Assembly (NCBI GenBank): GCA_902762325.1
Contig: CACWNV010000020.1
Coordinates: forward strand, 23,523 to 87,522
Source: an uncultured Prevotellaceae bacterium
GTDB lineage: Bacteria > Bacteroidota > Bacteroidia > Bacteroidales > Bacteroidaceae
Reading direction: 5' to 3'
DNA length: 64,000 bases
Below are positions 34,773-45,864 of the stretch, in pieces (position 1 is the stretch's first letter; each line of letters opens with the position of its first letter). The notes beneath the pieces are model-generated. The model did not search any database. It was given only the letters and a program-made list of their open reading frames with translations, and was not told the DNA's origin. The translations under genes were made by a program, and so were the position numbers.

Positions 34773-36932
34773 ATGAGTAAATTCGACTATAAAAAGATAA
34801 TGCCCCGCTATGTCGGCTTTGCTGTCGTGATGGCAATCATTGCGCTCATTGTTATCATGAGGACGCTTTACATCATGACCGCCCAGCACGAATACTGGAC
34901 AGAAGTAGCATCCAAATTGTCTACCGACAGTCTGCCTGTTGCCCCTACCCGTGGAAACATTCTCAGCTGTGACGGGCAACTGATGGCATCAACATTGCCA
35001 GAATACAAGATATACATGGACTTCAAAGCCCTGAAAGAATCAAAGACTGACACACTCTGGCCCGTAAAGGTTGATTCCATCTGCATGATGCTGCATGAGA
35101 TCTTCCCCGAACGGAGTGCGCAGGCTTTCAAGGACTCATTGGAAAAAGGCCGCACAAAGTTAGCCCGCCACTACCCTATCTGGAAAAGGCGTATCAACTA
35201 CAACACGTTCCTGCAAGTCAAGGATCTGCCTATCTTCAAGCTGAAGCCCTATAAGAGCGGTTTCCATTTTGAACGTAACAATGCCCGGCAGAAACCTTAC
35301 GGGTCACTTGCAAGCAGAACCATTGGCGACATGTATGCCGGTCAGGAAGGTGCCCGCTTTGGACTTGAATTGTCGTTCGACACGCTCTTGCACGGCAAAA
35401 ACGGATATATCCATCGCCGTAAGGTGCTTAACAGTCCGAACTTAGGAATCATGCTGACACCTGCCGAGGACGGAAAAGACATCGTAACGACGATTGATGT
35501 GGGAATGCAGGACTTGGCTGAGCGGGCTGTCATCGACGAGCTTAAGCTGATTAACGGCAACGTCGGTGTCGCCATTGTCATGGAAGTGGCAACGGGAGAC
35601 ATCAAAGCCATCGTCAACATGGAAAAATGTGGGGACGGAGAATACCGCGAACGAAAGAACCATGCCGTTAACGACCTGCGCGAACCTGGTTCCGTTTTCA
35701 AGACGGCTTCTCTGCTGGTAGCACTCGACGACGGAGTGGTTGACACAACCTATCGGGTGGAAACAGGATCTGGTGTCTGGCCGATGTACGGACGTGAGAT
35801 GAAAGACCACAACTGGCGTAAAGGCGGTTATGGAAACCTCACTCTGCCACAGACGCTCCACTTCAGTTCCAATATCGGTGTCAGCAGGATTATCGACGAG
35901 TTCTACCATAAGACACCGGAGAAGTTTGTGGAAGGTATCTATCGCACGGGAATAGCCGACGACCTGCATATTCCCATTAAGGGTGCTACTCCCGCACGTA
36001 TCCGCAAGCCCAAGAAAGATAAACGGGGCAAGGATTATGCCAACTGGAGTAAGACAGCCCTGGCGTGGATGAGCATTGGCTATGAGACACAGATCCCGCC
36101 AATCTCAACGCTCACCTTCTATAATGCCATCGCCAACAACGGCAAGATGATGCGCCCACGACTGGTAAAGCAAGTACAACAGGACGGAGTGGTCGTTCAG
36201 GAGTTCCCGCCGGTTGTCCAGCGCGAACAGATAGCCAAGCCTCAGACCATCAAGATCATGCAGACCATCCTTGAGCAGGTGGTCAGCCGAGGATTGGGTA
36301 AGAAAGCCGGCTCGAAAACATTCAAGGTGGCTGGAAAGACGGGTACGGCACAGATTGCCGACGAACATGGCGGATACCATAGCGGTATCACACGTTACCT
36401 GTTGTCGTTTGCCGGATACTTCCCTGCAGATGCTCCCCGCTACAGCTGTATCGTCTGTATTCAGAAAGACGGTCTTCCCGCTTCCGGCGGTGGCATGAGC
36501 GGCGTCGTGTTCCATCATATCGCTGAAGGCATCATGGCACAGAGTCTGAAACTGGATGTGAAAGATGCACGTGACTCCACCTCTATCCTGATTCCTGACG
36601 TAAAGGACGGTAACATCACAGCCGCCGACTACGTGCTGAAACATCTGGGAATCAAGGCACGCACTGACTGGAACGGCTCCTACACGGACGGCAATCCTAT
36701 CTGGGGTAAAGCCACTATCTCCAACAAACTCATCTCACTCAACCAACAGAAGCAGCCCGCGCGTGATGAGATTCCTGACGTAATCGGCATGGGTGCCCGC
36801 GACGCTGTATTCAGAATAGAGAGTCTTGGCGTGAGAGTAAGGCTGCAAGGCAGAGGTAAGGTGACAAAGCAAAGCCTCGAACCCGGCCATAAGATTAAGA
36901 AAGGCGAGGTCTGCATGCTGCTGCTGGAATAA
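34773..36932 (+). CDS. ftsI: Penicillin-binding protein 3-type transpeptidase (FtsI)
   Basis: 719 aa; N-terminal TM helix, PBP dimerisation domain, SVFK (SxxK), SSN, KTGT; extra PASTA-like C-terminal domain. Confidence 0.9.
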   Translation: MSKFDYKKIMPRYVGFAVVMAIIALIVIMRTLYIMTAQHEYWTEVASKLSTDSLPVAPTRGNILSCDGQLMASTLPEYKIYMDFKALKESKTDTLWPVKVDSICMMLHEIFPERSAQAFKDSLEKGRTKLARHYPIWKRRINYNTFLQVKDLPIFKLKPYKSGFHFERNNARQKPYGSLASRTIGDMYAGQEGARFGLELSFDTLLHGKNGYIHRRKVLNSPNLGIMLTPAEDGKDIVTTIDVGMQDLAERAVIDELKLINGNVGVAIVMEVATGDIKAIVNMEKCGDGEYRERKNHAVNDLREPGSVFKTASLLVALDDGVVDTTYRVETGSGVWPMYGREMKDHNWRKGGYGNLTLPQTLHFSSNIGVSRIIDEFYHKTPEKFVEGIYRTGIADDLHIPIKGATPARIRKPKKDKRGKDYANWSKTALAWMSIGYETQIPPISTLTFYNAIANNGKMMRPRLVKQVQQDGVVVQEFPPVVQREQIAKPQTIKIMQTILEQVVSRGLGKKAGSKTFKVAGKTGTAQIADEHGGYHSGITRYLLSFAGYFPADAPRYSCIVCIQKDGLPASGGGMSGVVFHHIAEGIMAQSLKLDVKDARDSTSILIPDVKDGNITAADYVLKHLGIKARTDWNGSYTDGNPIWGKATISNKLISLNQQKQPARDEIPDVIGMGARDAVFRIESLGVRVRLQGRGKVTKQSLEPGHKIKKGEVCMLLLE

Positions 36933-36965
36933 TCAAATGTGTAAAAATCAACAAACTATCAAGAT

Positions 36966-38441
36966 ATGCAACTAATTGAATTACTCAAGAATATCAAGCC
37001 GACAGCCATCATCGGGAAGACAGAAGTGGACATCACGGATGTGGACATCGATTCCCGTAAGGTCGGGAAAGGCCATCTGTTCGTCGCCATCAAAGGAACA
37101 CAGGTTGACGGTCATAAGTTCATCCCGACAGCAGTCAGCCAGGGGGCAAGTGCCGTGCTCTGTGAGGTGCTTCCCGAAGACGCCGAAAACACAGTAAACG
37201 GTGAGGGTGAACAGGTCACCTTTGTACAGGTTGCATCCACCGAAGATGCAATCGGTAAAGTGGCAACGCTTTTCTTTGGTGACCCATCAAAGAAGGTGAA
37301 GTTAGTTGGAGTTACAGGTACAAACGGAAAGACGACCGTCGCCACCTTATTATATAATATGTTCCGGAAGATGGGACATAAATGCGGGCTGCTCAGTACG
37401 GTCTGCAACTATATTGAAGACGAGGCCATCCCTGCCACACACACCACGCCCGACCCGGTTGAACTGAACAAGCTGTTAAGTCGGATGGTTGATGCGGGTT
37501 GCGAATATGTATTCATGGAGTGCTCCAGTCATGCCATTGCCCAGAAGCGCATTGGCGGGTTGAAGTTTACGGGCGGCCTGTTCACGAATCTCACTCGCGA
37601 CCATCTGGACTACCACAAGACATTTGAGAACTACCGTGATGCAAAGAAGGCGTTCTTCGACAATCTGCCCAAGACGGCTTTTGCCATCATCAATGCCGAT
37701 GACAAGAACGGCAGTGTGATGGTGCAGAACTGCAAAGCTCAGGTCAAGACCTACTCCACCCGCTCAATGGCAGACTTCAAGGCGCGTATCCTGGAGTGTC
37801 ACTTCGAAGGGATGTATCTTGAGATAGACGGCCATGAAGTCGGAGTGCAATTCATCGGGAAATTCAATGTCAGCAACCTTCTTGCCGTGTATGGAGCTGC
37901 CGTCATGTTGGGAAAAGCACCCGAAGACATCCTGGTGACCATGAGTACGCTGAAGAGTGTCAACGGAAGACTCGACCCAATCCGTTCTCCGGAGGGCTAT
38001 ACAGCCATCGTCGACTATGCGCACACTCCTGATGCACTGGCCAATGTCCTGAATGCCATTCACGAAGTGCTCAACAAGAAAGGACAGGTCATCACGGTAT
38101 GCGGAGCCGGAGGCAACAGGGACAAAGGCAAACGGCCGCTGATGGCACAGGAGGCTGTGCGCCAGAGCGACCGTGTAATCATAACATCGGATAACCCTCG
38201 CTTCGAAGAACCGCAGGACATCATCAACGACATGCTCGCTGGACTTGACCAGAAACAGATGAAGAAGGTCATCAGCATCCCCGACCGTCGTGAGGCCATC
38301 CGTACCGCCTGTATGCTGGCTCAAAAGGATGATGTCATCCTCATTGCCGGTAAAGGCCACGAGAACTATCAGGAAATCAAGGGAGTGAAGCACCATTTCG
38401 ACGACAAAGAGGTGGTACATGAAATCTTCGGACAGGCATAG
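36966..38441 (+). CDS. murE: UDP-N-acetylmuramoyl-L-alanyl-D-glutamate--2,6-diaminopimelate ligase
   Basis: [23 protein letters not shown] motif (meso-DAP type). Confidence 0.92.
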   Translation: MQLIELLKNIKPTAIIGKTEVDITDVDIDSRKVGKGHLFVAIKGTQVDGHKFIPTAVSQGASAVLCEVLPEDAENTVNGEGEQVTFVQVASTEDAIGKVATLFFGDPSKKVKLVGVTGTNGKTTVATLLYNMFRKMGHKCGLLSTVCNYIEDEAIPATHTTPDPVELNKLLSRMVDAGCEYVFMECSSHAIAQKRIGGLKFTGGLFTNLTRDHLDYHKTFENYRDAKKAFFDNLPKTAFAIINADDKNGSVMVQNCKAQVKTYSTRSMADFKARILECHFEGMYLEIDGHEVGVQFIGKFNVSNLLAVYGAAVMLGKAPEDILVTMSTLKSVNGRLDPIRSPEGYTAIVDYAHTPDALANVLNAIHEVLNKKGQVITVCGAGGNRDKGKRPLMAQEAVRQSDRVIITSDNPRFEEPQDIINDMLAGLDQKQMKKVISIPDRREAIRTACMLAQKDDVILIAGKGHENYQEIKGVKHHFDDKEVVHEIFGQA

Positions 38442-38507
38442 ACAAATGTCGCTCAGTTACATATAATTCAGTTTTACAGGTCATTCATCTAAACAAGCGT
38501 AAAAGAT

Positions 38508-39779
38508 ATGTTATACTATTTCTTTAGATTCTTGGAACAATATGATATACCGGGAGCCAGAATGTGGATGTATATTTCATTCCGCGCCCTACTTACACTC
38601 ATCCTCTCGCTGATTATTTCAGCCTGGTTTGGTGAGAAGTTCATCAAGTTCATGAAACGGAGGAATATTTCTGAGACCGCCCGCGATGCTTCCATTGATC
38701 CCTTTGGAGAAAAGAAGAAAGGGGTTCCTACGATGGGAGGCATCATCATTGCCGTATCCATCCTTATTCCCGTCCTTCTGCTGGGACGAATGCGAAACAT
38801 CTATCTGCTGTTAATGATCGGGACAACGGTGTGGCTGGGCTTCCTCGGCTTTCTGGATGACTACATCAAGATATTCAGAAAGAATAAGGAAGGACTGAAG
38901 GGAAAGTATAAGATTGTCGGTCAGGTAAGCATCGGACTGATTGTCGGGCTTGTCCTGTGGGCCAGCCCCGATGCCATTATCCGTGAGAACATCACAACCG
39001 AGAAGTTAGGAACGGCAATGGTCGTGACACATAAATCGGAGCCGGTGAAGTCGTTGAAGACAACCATTCCTTTTGTCAAGAATCATAATCTCGACTATTC
39101 GGAAATCATGTCGTTCTGCGGTAAGAACAAGAATGCCTTCGGATGGATACTCTTTGTCTTCATGACTATCCTCGTTGTAACCGCCGTCAGCAATGGCGCC
39201 AACCTGAATGACGGAATGGACGGCATGTGTGCGGGTAATGCGGCGGTGATAGGTGTGGCACTCGGCATACTATCGTATGTGAGCAGTCACATCGAGTTTG
39301 CCTCCTATCTGAACATCATGTACATCCCCGGTTCCCAGGAACTGGTGGTCTTCCTCTGTGCTTTCATCGGCGCAATGATTGGTTTCCTATGGTACAATGC
39401 CTATCCTGCCCAGATCTTCATGGGTGATACCGGCTCGCTGATGATCGGCGGTATCATTGGCGTAGGGGCAATCATCATCCATAAAGAACTGCTGCTCCCC
39501 ATCCTCTGCGGTATCTTCTTTGTAGAGAGCCTCTCTGTCATCATCCAGACACAGGTGTTCAAGCTATACAAGAGAAAGAACAAGCGGGTTCGCGTCTTCC
39601 GGGCTACGCCTATCCATGACAACTTCCGGAAGCTGGACTCACAGCTGGATGCGACAAGCCATTATATTTTCAAGGGCTGGCCTCAACGTCAGTTCCATGA
39701 GTCAAAGATTACTGTGCGATTCTGGATTACAACCATCATTCTGGCCGCACTCACGATAATAACATTAAAGATAAGATAA
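38508..39779 (+). CDS. mraY: Phospho-N-acetylmuramoyl-pentapeptide transferase
   Basis: 423 aa polytopic protein; GFLDDYIKI, NLNDGMDG, FMGDTGS. Confidence 0.93.
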   Translation: MLYYFFRFLEQYDIPGARMWMYISFRALLTLILSLIISAWFGEKFIKFMKRRNISETARDASIDPFGEKKKGVPTMGGIIIAVSILIPVLLLGRMRNIYLLLMIGTTVWLGFLGFLDDYIKIFRKNKEGLKGKYKIVGQVSIGLIVGLVLWASPDAIIRENITTEKLGTAMVVTHKSEPVKSLKTTIPFVKNHNLDYSEIMSFCGKNKNAFGWILFVFMTILVVTAVSNGANLNDGMDGMCAGNAAVIGVALGILSYVSSHIEFASYLNIMYIPGSQELVVFLCAFIGAMIGFLWYNAYPAQIFMGDTGSLMIGGIIGVGAIIIHKELLLPILCGIFFVESLSVIIQTQVFKLYKRKNKRVRVFRATPIHDNFRKLDSQLDATSHYIFKGWPQRQFHESKITVRFWITTIILAALTIITLKIR

Positions 39780-39783
39780 GAAA

Positions 39784-41115
39784 ATGAAGAGAATTGTAGT
39801 CTTAGGTGCAGCCGAAAGCGGCACTGGTGCAGCTATCCTGGCAAAGAAAGAAGGATACGACGTGTTTGTTTCTGACATGTCGGCTATTCACGACCGCTAC
39901 AAGAAAATGCTCGACGACCGACAAATCGAATGGGAAGAAGGACATCATACTGAAGAGAAGGTTCTCATTGCCGACGAGATCATCAAGAGCCCGGGGATTC
40001 CCGACACGGCTCCCATCATCAGAAAAGCCATTGAGAAAGGCATTCACATCATCAGCGAGATTGAGTTTGCAGGACGCTACACCGATTCGAAGATGATCTG
40101 CATCACGGGTTCGAACGGCAAGACGACAACGACCTCGCTCATCTATCATATCTTCAAGAATGCCGGCTACGATGCAGGGCTTGCCGGAAACATCGGTAAC
40201 TCACTGGCTTTGCAGGTTGCAGAAGACCCGCACCAGTACTATATCATCGAGCTTAGCTCATTCCAGCTGGACAACATGTATGACTTCAGGGCAAACATCG
40301 CCATCCTGCTGAACATCACTCCCGATCATCTAGACCGCTACGACAACTGTATGCAGAACTATGTCGATGCAAAGATGAGGATTGTACAGAACCAGACGCC
40401 ACAAGACTCTTTCATCTACTGGAATGATGATCCAATCATCAAAAAAGAACTGGAGAAGTATGACATCAAGTCTATCAAGTATCCATTCTCTGAACTCAAG
40501 CAAAAAGGAGTCATCGGCTACATCGAGGAAGGACAATACAAAATCGAAAAGCCTACCCCGTTTAACATGGAACAGGAGGAACTGTCGCTCACAGGACGAC
40601 ATAACATCTACAACTCACTGGCTGCCGGTATTGCAACAAACATTGCAGGCATCAAGAAAGAGATCATCAGGAAAAGTCTTAGTGATTTCCCGGGGGTGGA
40701 ACACCGTCTGGAAAAGGTCTGCATGGTGGGCGGAGTCCAATACATCAACGACTCAAAGGCTACCAATGTGGATGCCTGCTGGTATGCGCTGGAGAGTATG
40801 AAGACGCCTACCATTCTTATCGTCGGCGGTAAGGATAAAGGCAATGACTATGAGCCTATCAAACAACTGGTCAAAGAGAAATGTGTGGGAATAGTCTATC
40901 TGGGTGCAGACAACACGAAGCTACATGACAACTTCGATGGAATGGGCATTCCGGTGAGAGATACGCACTCGATGAAAGAGTGTGTCGAGGCATGCTACGA
41001 GATGGCACGCCCGGGCGACACCGTCCTGCTTTCTCCCTGCTGCGCTTCCTTCGACCTTTTCAAGAACATGGAAGACCGGGGTGAACAGTTCAAATCACTG
41101 GTCAGAAGCCTTTAA
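39784..41115 (+). CDS. murD: UDP-N-acetylmuramoylalanine--D-glutamate ligase
   Basis: VLGAAESG, ITGSNGKTTT, NDSKATN. Confidence 0.92.
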   Translation: MKRIVVLGAAESGTGAAILAKKEGYDVFVSDMSAIHDRYKKMLDDRQIEWEEGHHTEEKVLIADEIIKSPGIPDTAPIIRKAIEKGIHIISEIEFAGRYTDSKMICITGSNGKTTTTSLIYHIFKNAGYDAGLAGNIGNSLALQVAEDPHQYYIIELSSFQLDNMYDFRANIAILLNITPDHLDRYDNCMQNYVDAKMRIVQNQTPQDSFIYWNDDPIIKKELEKYDIKSIKYPFSELKQKGVIGYIEEGQYKIEKPTPFNMEQEELSLTGRHNIYNSLAAGIATNIAGIKKEIIRKSLSDFPGVEHRLEKVCMVGGVQYINDSKATNVDACWYALESMKTPTILIVGGKDKGNDYEPIKQLVKEKCVGIVYLGADNTKLHDNFDGMGIPVRDTHSMKECVEACYEMARPGDTVLLSPCCASFDLFKNMEDRGEQFKSLVRSL

Positions 41116-41170
41116 AGACAGCAACTGATCCGCGGCATGCGGAAAGAATAAGATATAATTATTCAATAGG

Positions 41171-42454
41171 ATGAACAATAAACTTAGCAATATATTCAAA
41201 GGAGACAAGGTGATATGGATGGTGTTTTTCTTCCTTTGCATCATCAGTATCGTGGAAGTGTATTCCGCTTCCTCACAGCTCACCTATGGCACCGACAGCT
41301 ATCTGGGGCCTGTTTCCAAGCACTTCAGCATCATGGCTGTCGGATTCGTGCTTATGCTTCTCACGCAGAACATCAAATGCCGCTACTTTAAAATCGTGAC
41401 GCCCTTCATGCTGATTATCTCAATACTCACGCTTATCTACGTGTTTATTGCAGGTCATGCTACGAATGGGGCGCAGAGATGGATTCCTCTTTTCGGTTTC
41501 CAGTTCCAGCCATCTGAACTGGCAAAGGGAACCATGATTCTGGCAACAGCGCAGATTCTGAGTGCGATGCAGACAGAGAACGGAGCCGACAGACAGGCTT
41601 TTAAATACATCCTCATAGTCGGGGCGACGATTATCCCGCTGATTTTCGTTGAGAACTTTTCAACTGCCGCTCTGCTCAGTGCCGTGGTCTTCATGATGAT
41701 GGTCATCGGTCGTGTACCGACTCAGCAGTTAGGAAAGCTGCTCGGGGTCAGTGTCACTCTTGTCGGTCTTTTCATTGCGGTAGTCCTGATATTCGGAAAG
41801 GAAGAGAAACCGCTGGACAAAGACAAGAAACTCACAGAGAAAGTGGAGCTCGCTTCTGACGATAAGGCAAAGGAAGAAGAGGGACTTGTCTCAAAAGTAT
41901 TCCACCGGTTCGGTACCTGGAAGGGACGTATCCTTAAGTTTGCCAGCAATGAAGAGGTGCTGGCAAAAGACTATGACCTCGACGAGAATGGACAGGTGGG
42001 ACATGCCAACATCGCCATCGCTTCTTCAAACATTGTGGGAAAAGGACCCGGAAACTCAGAGTCACGCGACTGGCTTCCACAGGCTTTCTCGGATTTTATC
42101 TTTGCCATCATCATCGAGGAACTTGGACTGCTGGGGGCGATTGTCGTGGCTTTCCTCTATATCATCCTGCTCATGAGGGCAGGAAGGATTGCCAACAGGT
42201 GTGAAAACACCTTCCCTGCTTTTCTCGCTATGGGGCTGGCATTGCTGATAGTCACCCAGGCACTCTTCAACATGTGTGTTGCAGTCGGACTTGCACCGGT
42301 TACCGGACAGCCTCTTCCTCTTGTCAGCAAAGGCGGTACATCGACCATCACGAGCTGTATCTATATCGGTATGATCCTCAGCATCAGCCGTTCGGCAAAA
42401 AAGAAACAAGGCGAAGAAGATGAGACTTCCAAGAAGAACATCGTCAAGGCTTAA
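41171..42454 (+). CDS. ftsW: SEDS family peptidoglycan polymerase FtsW
   Basis: 427 aa polytopic protein; FQPSELAK, P...SDFIFA, PLPLVSKGGTS. Confidence 0.9.
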   Translation: MNNKLSNIFKGDKVIWMVFFFLCIISIVEVYSASSQLTYGTDSYLGPVSKHFSIMAVGFVLMLLTQNIKCRYFKIVTPFMLIISILTLIYVFIAGHATNGAQRWIPLFGFQFQPSELAKGTMILATAQILSAMQTENGADRQAFKYILIVGATIIPLIFVENFSTAALLSAVVFMMMVIGRVPTQQLGKLLGVSVTLVGLFIAVVLIFGKEEKPLDKDKKLTEKVELASDDKAKEEEGLVSKVFHRFGTWKGRILKFASNEEVLAKDYDLDENGQVGHANIAIASSNIVGKGPGNSESRDWLPQAFSDFIFAIIIEELGLLGAIVVAFLYIILLMRAGRIANRCENTFPAFLAMGLALLIVTQALFNMCVAVGLAPVTGQPLPLVSKGGTSTITSCIYIGMILSISRSAKKKQGEEDETSKKNIVKA

Positions 42455-42508
42455 ATGTCATTATTTCATAAAATAACACAAAAAATACGGAAAGATAAAA
42501 AAAATGAT

Positions 42509-42516
42509 TATCTTTG
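42509..42516 (+). promoter_or_regulatory. Candidate internal dcw promoter (-7 box TAtcTTTG) before murG
   Basis: Exact TAnnTTTG match in the 83-nt ftsW-murG gap, 21 nt before the murG ATG at 42538. Confidence 0.4.
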
Positions 42517-42537
42517 CATGTTGGCAACATAGCATCT

Positions 42538-43662
42538 ATGGAGAAAGAGACAAGAATCATCATTAGCGGCGGCGGAACAGGTGGCCATATATTTCCGGCA
42601 ATTTCGATTGCCAATGCGATAAAAAGCAAGGAACCAAAGGCGAAAATTCTATTTGTAGGTGCTCTTGGTCGTATGGAGATGCAGCGTGTCCCTGCTGCCG
42701 GATACGAGATAAAAGGGCTTCCGATCTGCGGTTTCGACCGTAAGAACCTTCTGAAGAACATCAGCGTGTTGTTCAAGATATGGAAAAGCCAGCGCATGGC
42801 GAAAAGAATCATCAAAGATTTCAAGCCACAGGCTGCAGTAGGTGTAGGAGGCTATGCCAGCGGACCAACGCTTAACGTCAGTGCATCGATGGGTATTCCC
42901 TGTCTGATTCAGGAACAGAACTCATACGCAGGTGTCACTAATAAGCTGTTGGCCAAGAAAGCCGAGAAGATTTGCGTTGCCTACGAGGGCATGGAACGCT
43001 TCTTCCCAGCCGACAAGATTGTGATGACGGGTAACCCTGTCAGGCAGTCGGTAGTGGAAAGTCATTACAGTAAGGAAGAGGCATCAAAGCTCTTCGGCGT
43101 CGACCCGGCAAAGAAGACCATTCTGATTGTAGGTGGAAGTCTGGGAGCACGCACACTCAACGAAAGCGTCATACAACATCTTGACATCGTAGAGAGCAGC
43201 GGCGTACAGTTCATCTGGCAGACTGGAAAATACTATAACGAAGAAATCCGACAGCGTCTTACCGATACAGGCAAGGAACTGCCGATGCTTCATGTAACCG
43301 ATTTCATCAGTGACATGGGAGCAGCCTACACAGTTGCCGACCTTATCATCAGTCGTGCAGGAGCCAGTTCTATCAGTGAGTTCTGTCTCATAGGAAAGCC
43401 TGTCATCCTGGTGCCGTCGCCCAACGTGGCGGAAGACCACCAGACGAAGAACGCGATGGCACTGGTCAACAAGGGAGCTGCCATCTGTGTGAAAGACGCA
43501 GAGGCTCCCGGCAAATTGCTGCAGATGGCTGTTGATACCGTAAACGATGACAAGCAATGTGCCAGACTGAGCGAAAACGTCCTTGGACTGGGACTCAAGG
43601 ACTCTGCCAACGTCATCGCTGATGAGGTCCTGAAGCTGGCTACAGCTTACAAAAACAAGTAA
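42538..43662 (+). CDS. murG: Undecaprenyldiphospho-muramoylpentapeptide beta-N-acetylglucosaminyltransferase
   Basis: IIISGGGTGGHIFPA; the C-terminal half carries the GT28 motif (GGSLGA...SRAGAS). Start set at the first ATG (MEKETR); the track ORF begins at an upstream TTG. Confidence 0.92.
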   Translation: MEKETRIIISGGGTGGHIFPAISIANAIKSKEPKAKILFVGALGRMEMQRVPAAGYEIKGLPICGFDRKNLLKNISVLFKIWKSQRMAKRIIKDFKPQAAVGVGGYASGPTLNVSASMGIPCLIQEQNSYAGVTNKLLAKKAEKICVAYEGMERFFPADKIVMTGNPVRQSVVESHYSKEEASKLFGVDPAKKTILIVGGSLGARTLNESVIQHLDIVESSGVQFIWQTGKYYNEEIRQRLTDTGKELPMLHVTDFISDMGAAYTVADLIISRAGASSISEFCLIGKPVILVPSPNVAEDHQTKNAMALVNKGAAICVKDAEAPGKLLQMAVDTVNDDKQCARLSENVLGLGLKDSANVIADEVLKLATAYKNK

Positions 43663-43669
43663 ATAGAAC

Positions 43670-45046
43670 ATGGAATTAAAAGATATAAAAGCAGTTTATT
43701 TCATTGGTGCAGGTGGCATTGGAATGAGTGCCATCGCCCGATATTTTATCAACAAGGGACTGGTGGTGGCTGGTTATGACCGTACTCCTTCCGACCTGAC
43801 ACACAGGCTGGAAAAGGAAGGCATGGTAATCCACTACGAGGAAGACATTGAGGACATCCCGCATGCTTGTAAGAAGCCCGAATCTTGTCTGATTATCTAT
43901 ACTCCTGCCATTCCTGCTGACAACAAAGAACTGCTCTATTTCCGTGAAAATGGATTCGTCATCCAAAAACGTGCTCAGGTACTGGGGACACTGACAACAG
44001 CTCACAAAGGTCTGTGCTTCGCCGGCACTCATGGCAAGACAACAACTTCCACGATGTGCGCCCATCTCATGCATCAGAGTCACCTTGACTGTAACGCTTT
44101 CCTGGGAGGCATATCCAAGAACTACGGCACCAACTACATCCTCTCAAACGAGAGTGACTACGTGGTGATTGAGGCTGATGAGTTCGACCGCTCTTTCCAT
44201 TGGCTCCGCCCGTGGATGAGCGTCATCACCGCCACCGACCCTGACCATCTGGATATCTATGGCACAAAAGAGGCTTATCTGGAGAGCTTCCGTCATTATA
44301 CTACGCTCATCCAGCCAGGCGGCGCCCTCATTATCCACAAGGGACTTGAGCTGAAACCTGCTGTTCAGGAGAACGTGAAGGTCTATGAATACAGCATCGA
44401 TGAAGGCGATTTCCATGCTGAGAACGTCCGAATCAAGAATGGGGAGATAAAGTTCGACCTCGTTTCGCCCGTCGAGAACATCAAGAACATTGAGCTCGGA
44501 CATCCCGTTCCCATAAACATCGAGAATGGTATCGCAGCCTTGGCAATGGCACAGTTGAACGGCTGCACCGCCGAAGAACTGAAGATTGGCATGAAGACCT
44601 ATTATGGTGTGGACCGTCGTTTCGACTTTAAGATCAAGAACGACCGCCACGTGCTTCTTTCAGACTATGCCCACCATCCCCAGGAAATCTATCAGAGCGC
44701 ACGAAGCATCAGGCAACTATACGAGGACCGGAAGATCACGGCCATCTTCCAGCCTCATCTGTACACACGCACCCGCGACTTCTACAAGGAGTTTGCTGAT
44801 GCACTGAGCCAGCTCGACGAGGTAATCCTTTGCGACATCTACCCCGCCCGTGAACAGCCCATACCGGGTGTTACGTCACAGCTGATCTATGACAACCTCA
44901 AGCCTGGAGTGGAAAAAAGCCTTATCAGAAAAGAAGAGGTGGTGCAGCTGGCTAAAAGCAGAGACTTCGACGTCTTGGTCATCCTCGGTGCAGGCGACCT
45001 TGACAACTACGTACCACAAATTGCAAAGATTATCAGAAACAAATGA
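43670..45046 (+). CDS. murC: UDP-N-acetylmuramate--L-alanine ligase
   Basis: FIGAGGIGMSA, GTHGKTTTS, DYAHHP. Confidence 0.93.
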   Translation: MELKDIKAVYFIGAGGIGMSAIARYFINKGLVVAGYDRTPSDLTHRLEKEGMVIHYEEDIEDIPHACKKPESCLIIYTPAIPADNKELLYFRENGFVIQKRAQVLGTLTTAHKGLCFAGTHGKTTTSTMCAHLMHQSHLDCNAFLGGISKNYGTNYILSNESDYVVIEADEFDRSFHWLRPWMSVITATDPDHLDIYGTKEAYLESFRHYTTLIQPGGALIIHKGLELKPAVQENVKVYEYSIDEGDFHAENVRIKNGEIKFDLVSPVENIKNIELGHPVPINIENGIAALAMAQLNGCTAEELKIGMKTYYGVDRRFDFKIKNDRHVLLSDYAHHPQEIYQSARSIRQLYEDRKITAIFQPHLYTRTRDFYKEFADALSQLDEVILCDIYPAREQPIPGVTSQLIYDNLKPGVEKSLIRKEEVVQLAKSRDFDVLVILGAGDLDNYVPQIAKIIRNK

Positions 45047-45846
45047 AGCTGAGATTAAAATGGAAGAAGATGCTGACCATTGTCGCCGACATCGTTTTGG
45101 CGGTCTATCTGGTCCTGGCATTCACCACCTTCAACAAACCGAAGGAGGCTGTTCCGTATTGCAGCATCGTCAACATCATCATTGAAGACGAGGACACCAA
45201 TGGCTTCATTAAGACAAAAGAAATCAAGGACAGACTGAAGAGCTGCCATCTGTACCCTATTGAAAAGCCGATGGCTTTCGTTGACTCGCGTAAGATAGAA
45301 GAGACGCTGAAGATGAGTCCTTTCGTCAAGACCGCCGAATGTTACAAGACGGTCGACGGACACGTGAACATCAGCATAACACAGCGGATGCCTATCGTCA
45401 GAATCAAGGCAAACAATGGTGAGGATTATTACCTTGACGACCACGACTGCGTGATGCCTAACTCTCAGTACACTTCCGACTTGATTATTGCAACGGGAAA
45501 CATCAACAAGTGGTTTGCCTCCAACTACATCTCTCCGCTTAGCAAGTCGATCATGAAGGATGAGCTTTGGAAGAACCAGATCGAACAGGTCAACGTGCTC
45601 TCCGACCGCAGCATCGAACTTGTTCCTCGCGTCGGCAACCACGTCATCTGCATCGGCAGAATGCCCGAAAGCAAGAAGAAGGAAGACAGGGAGGCCTTGA
45701 TAGACACCTACTTCAAGAAGAAAATGAACCGGCTGGAGAAGTTCTACAAGTACGGACTTTCCGAAGCTGGCTGGAACAAATATGCATATATAAACTTAGA
45801 ATTCGACAATCAGATTATCTGTAAGAAAAGAAAAAAAATAAATTGA
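45043..45846 (+). CDS. ftsQ: Cell division protein FtsQ
   Basis: Position between murC and ftsA; N-terminal TM helix plus POTRA-like domain; ATGA overlap with murC. Confidence 0.75.
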   Translation: MKLRLKWKKMLTIVADIVLAVYLVLAFTTFNKPKEAVPYCSIVNIIIEDEDTNGFIKTKEIKDRLKSCHLYPIEKPMAFVDSRKIEETLKMSPFVKTAECYKTVDGHVNISITQRMPIVRIKANNGEDYYLDDHDCVMPNSQYTSDLIIATGNINKWFASNYISPLSKSIMKDELWKNQIEQVNVLSDRSIELVPRVGNHVICIGRMPESKKKEDREALIDTYFKKKMNRLEKFYKYGLSEAGWNKYAYINLEFDNQIICKKRKKIN

Positions 45847-45864
45847 TAAAATATTCATAACGTT

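Noticed and set aside
44331-44339. Perfect DnaA box TTATCCACA; is oriC near gyrB?
   Set aside because: It is a single isolated box inside the murC coding sequence. No cluster of boxes or AT-rich unwinding element was seen in the long intergenic regions next to gyrB, and dnaA is not in the window.
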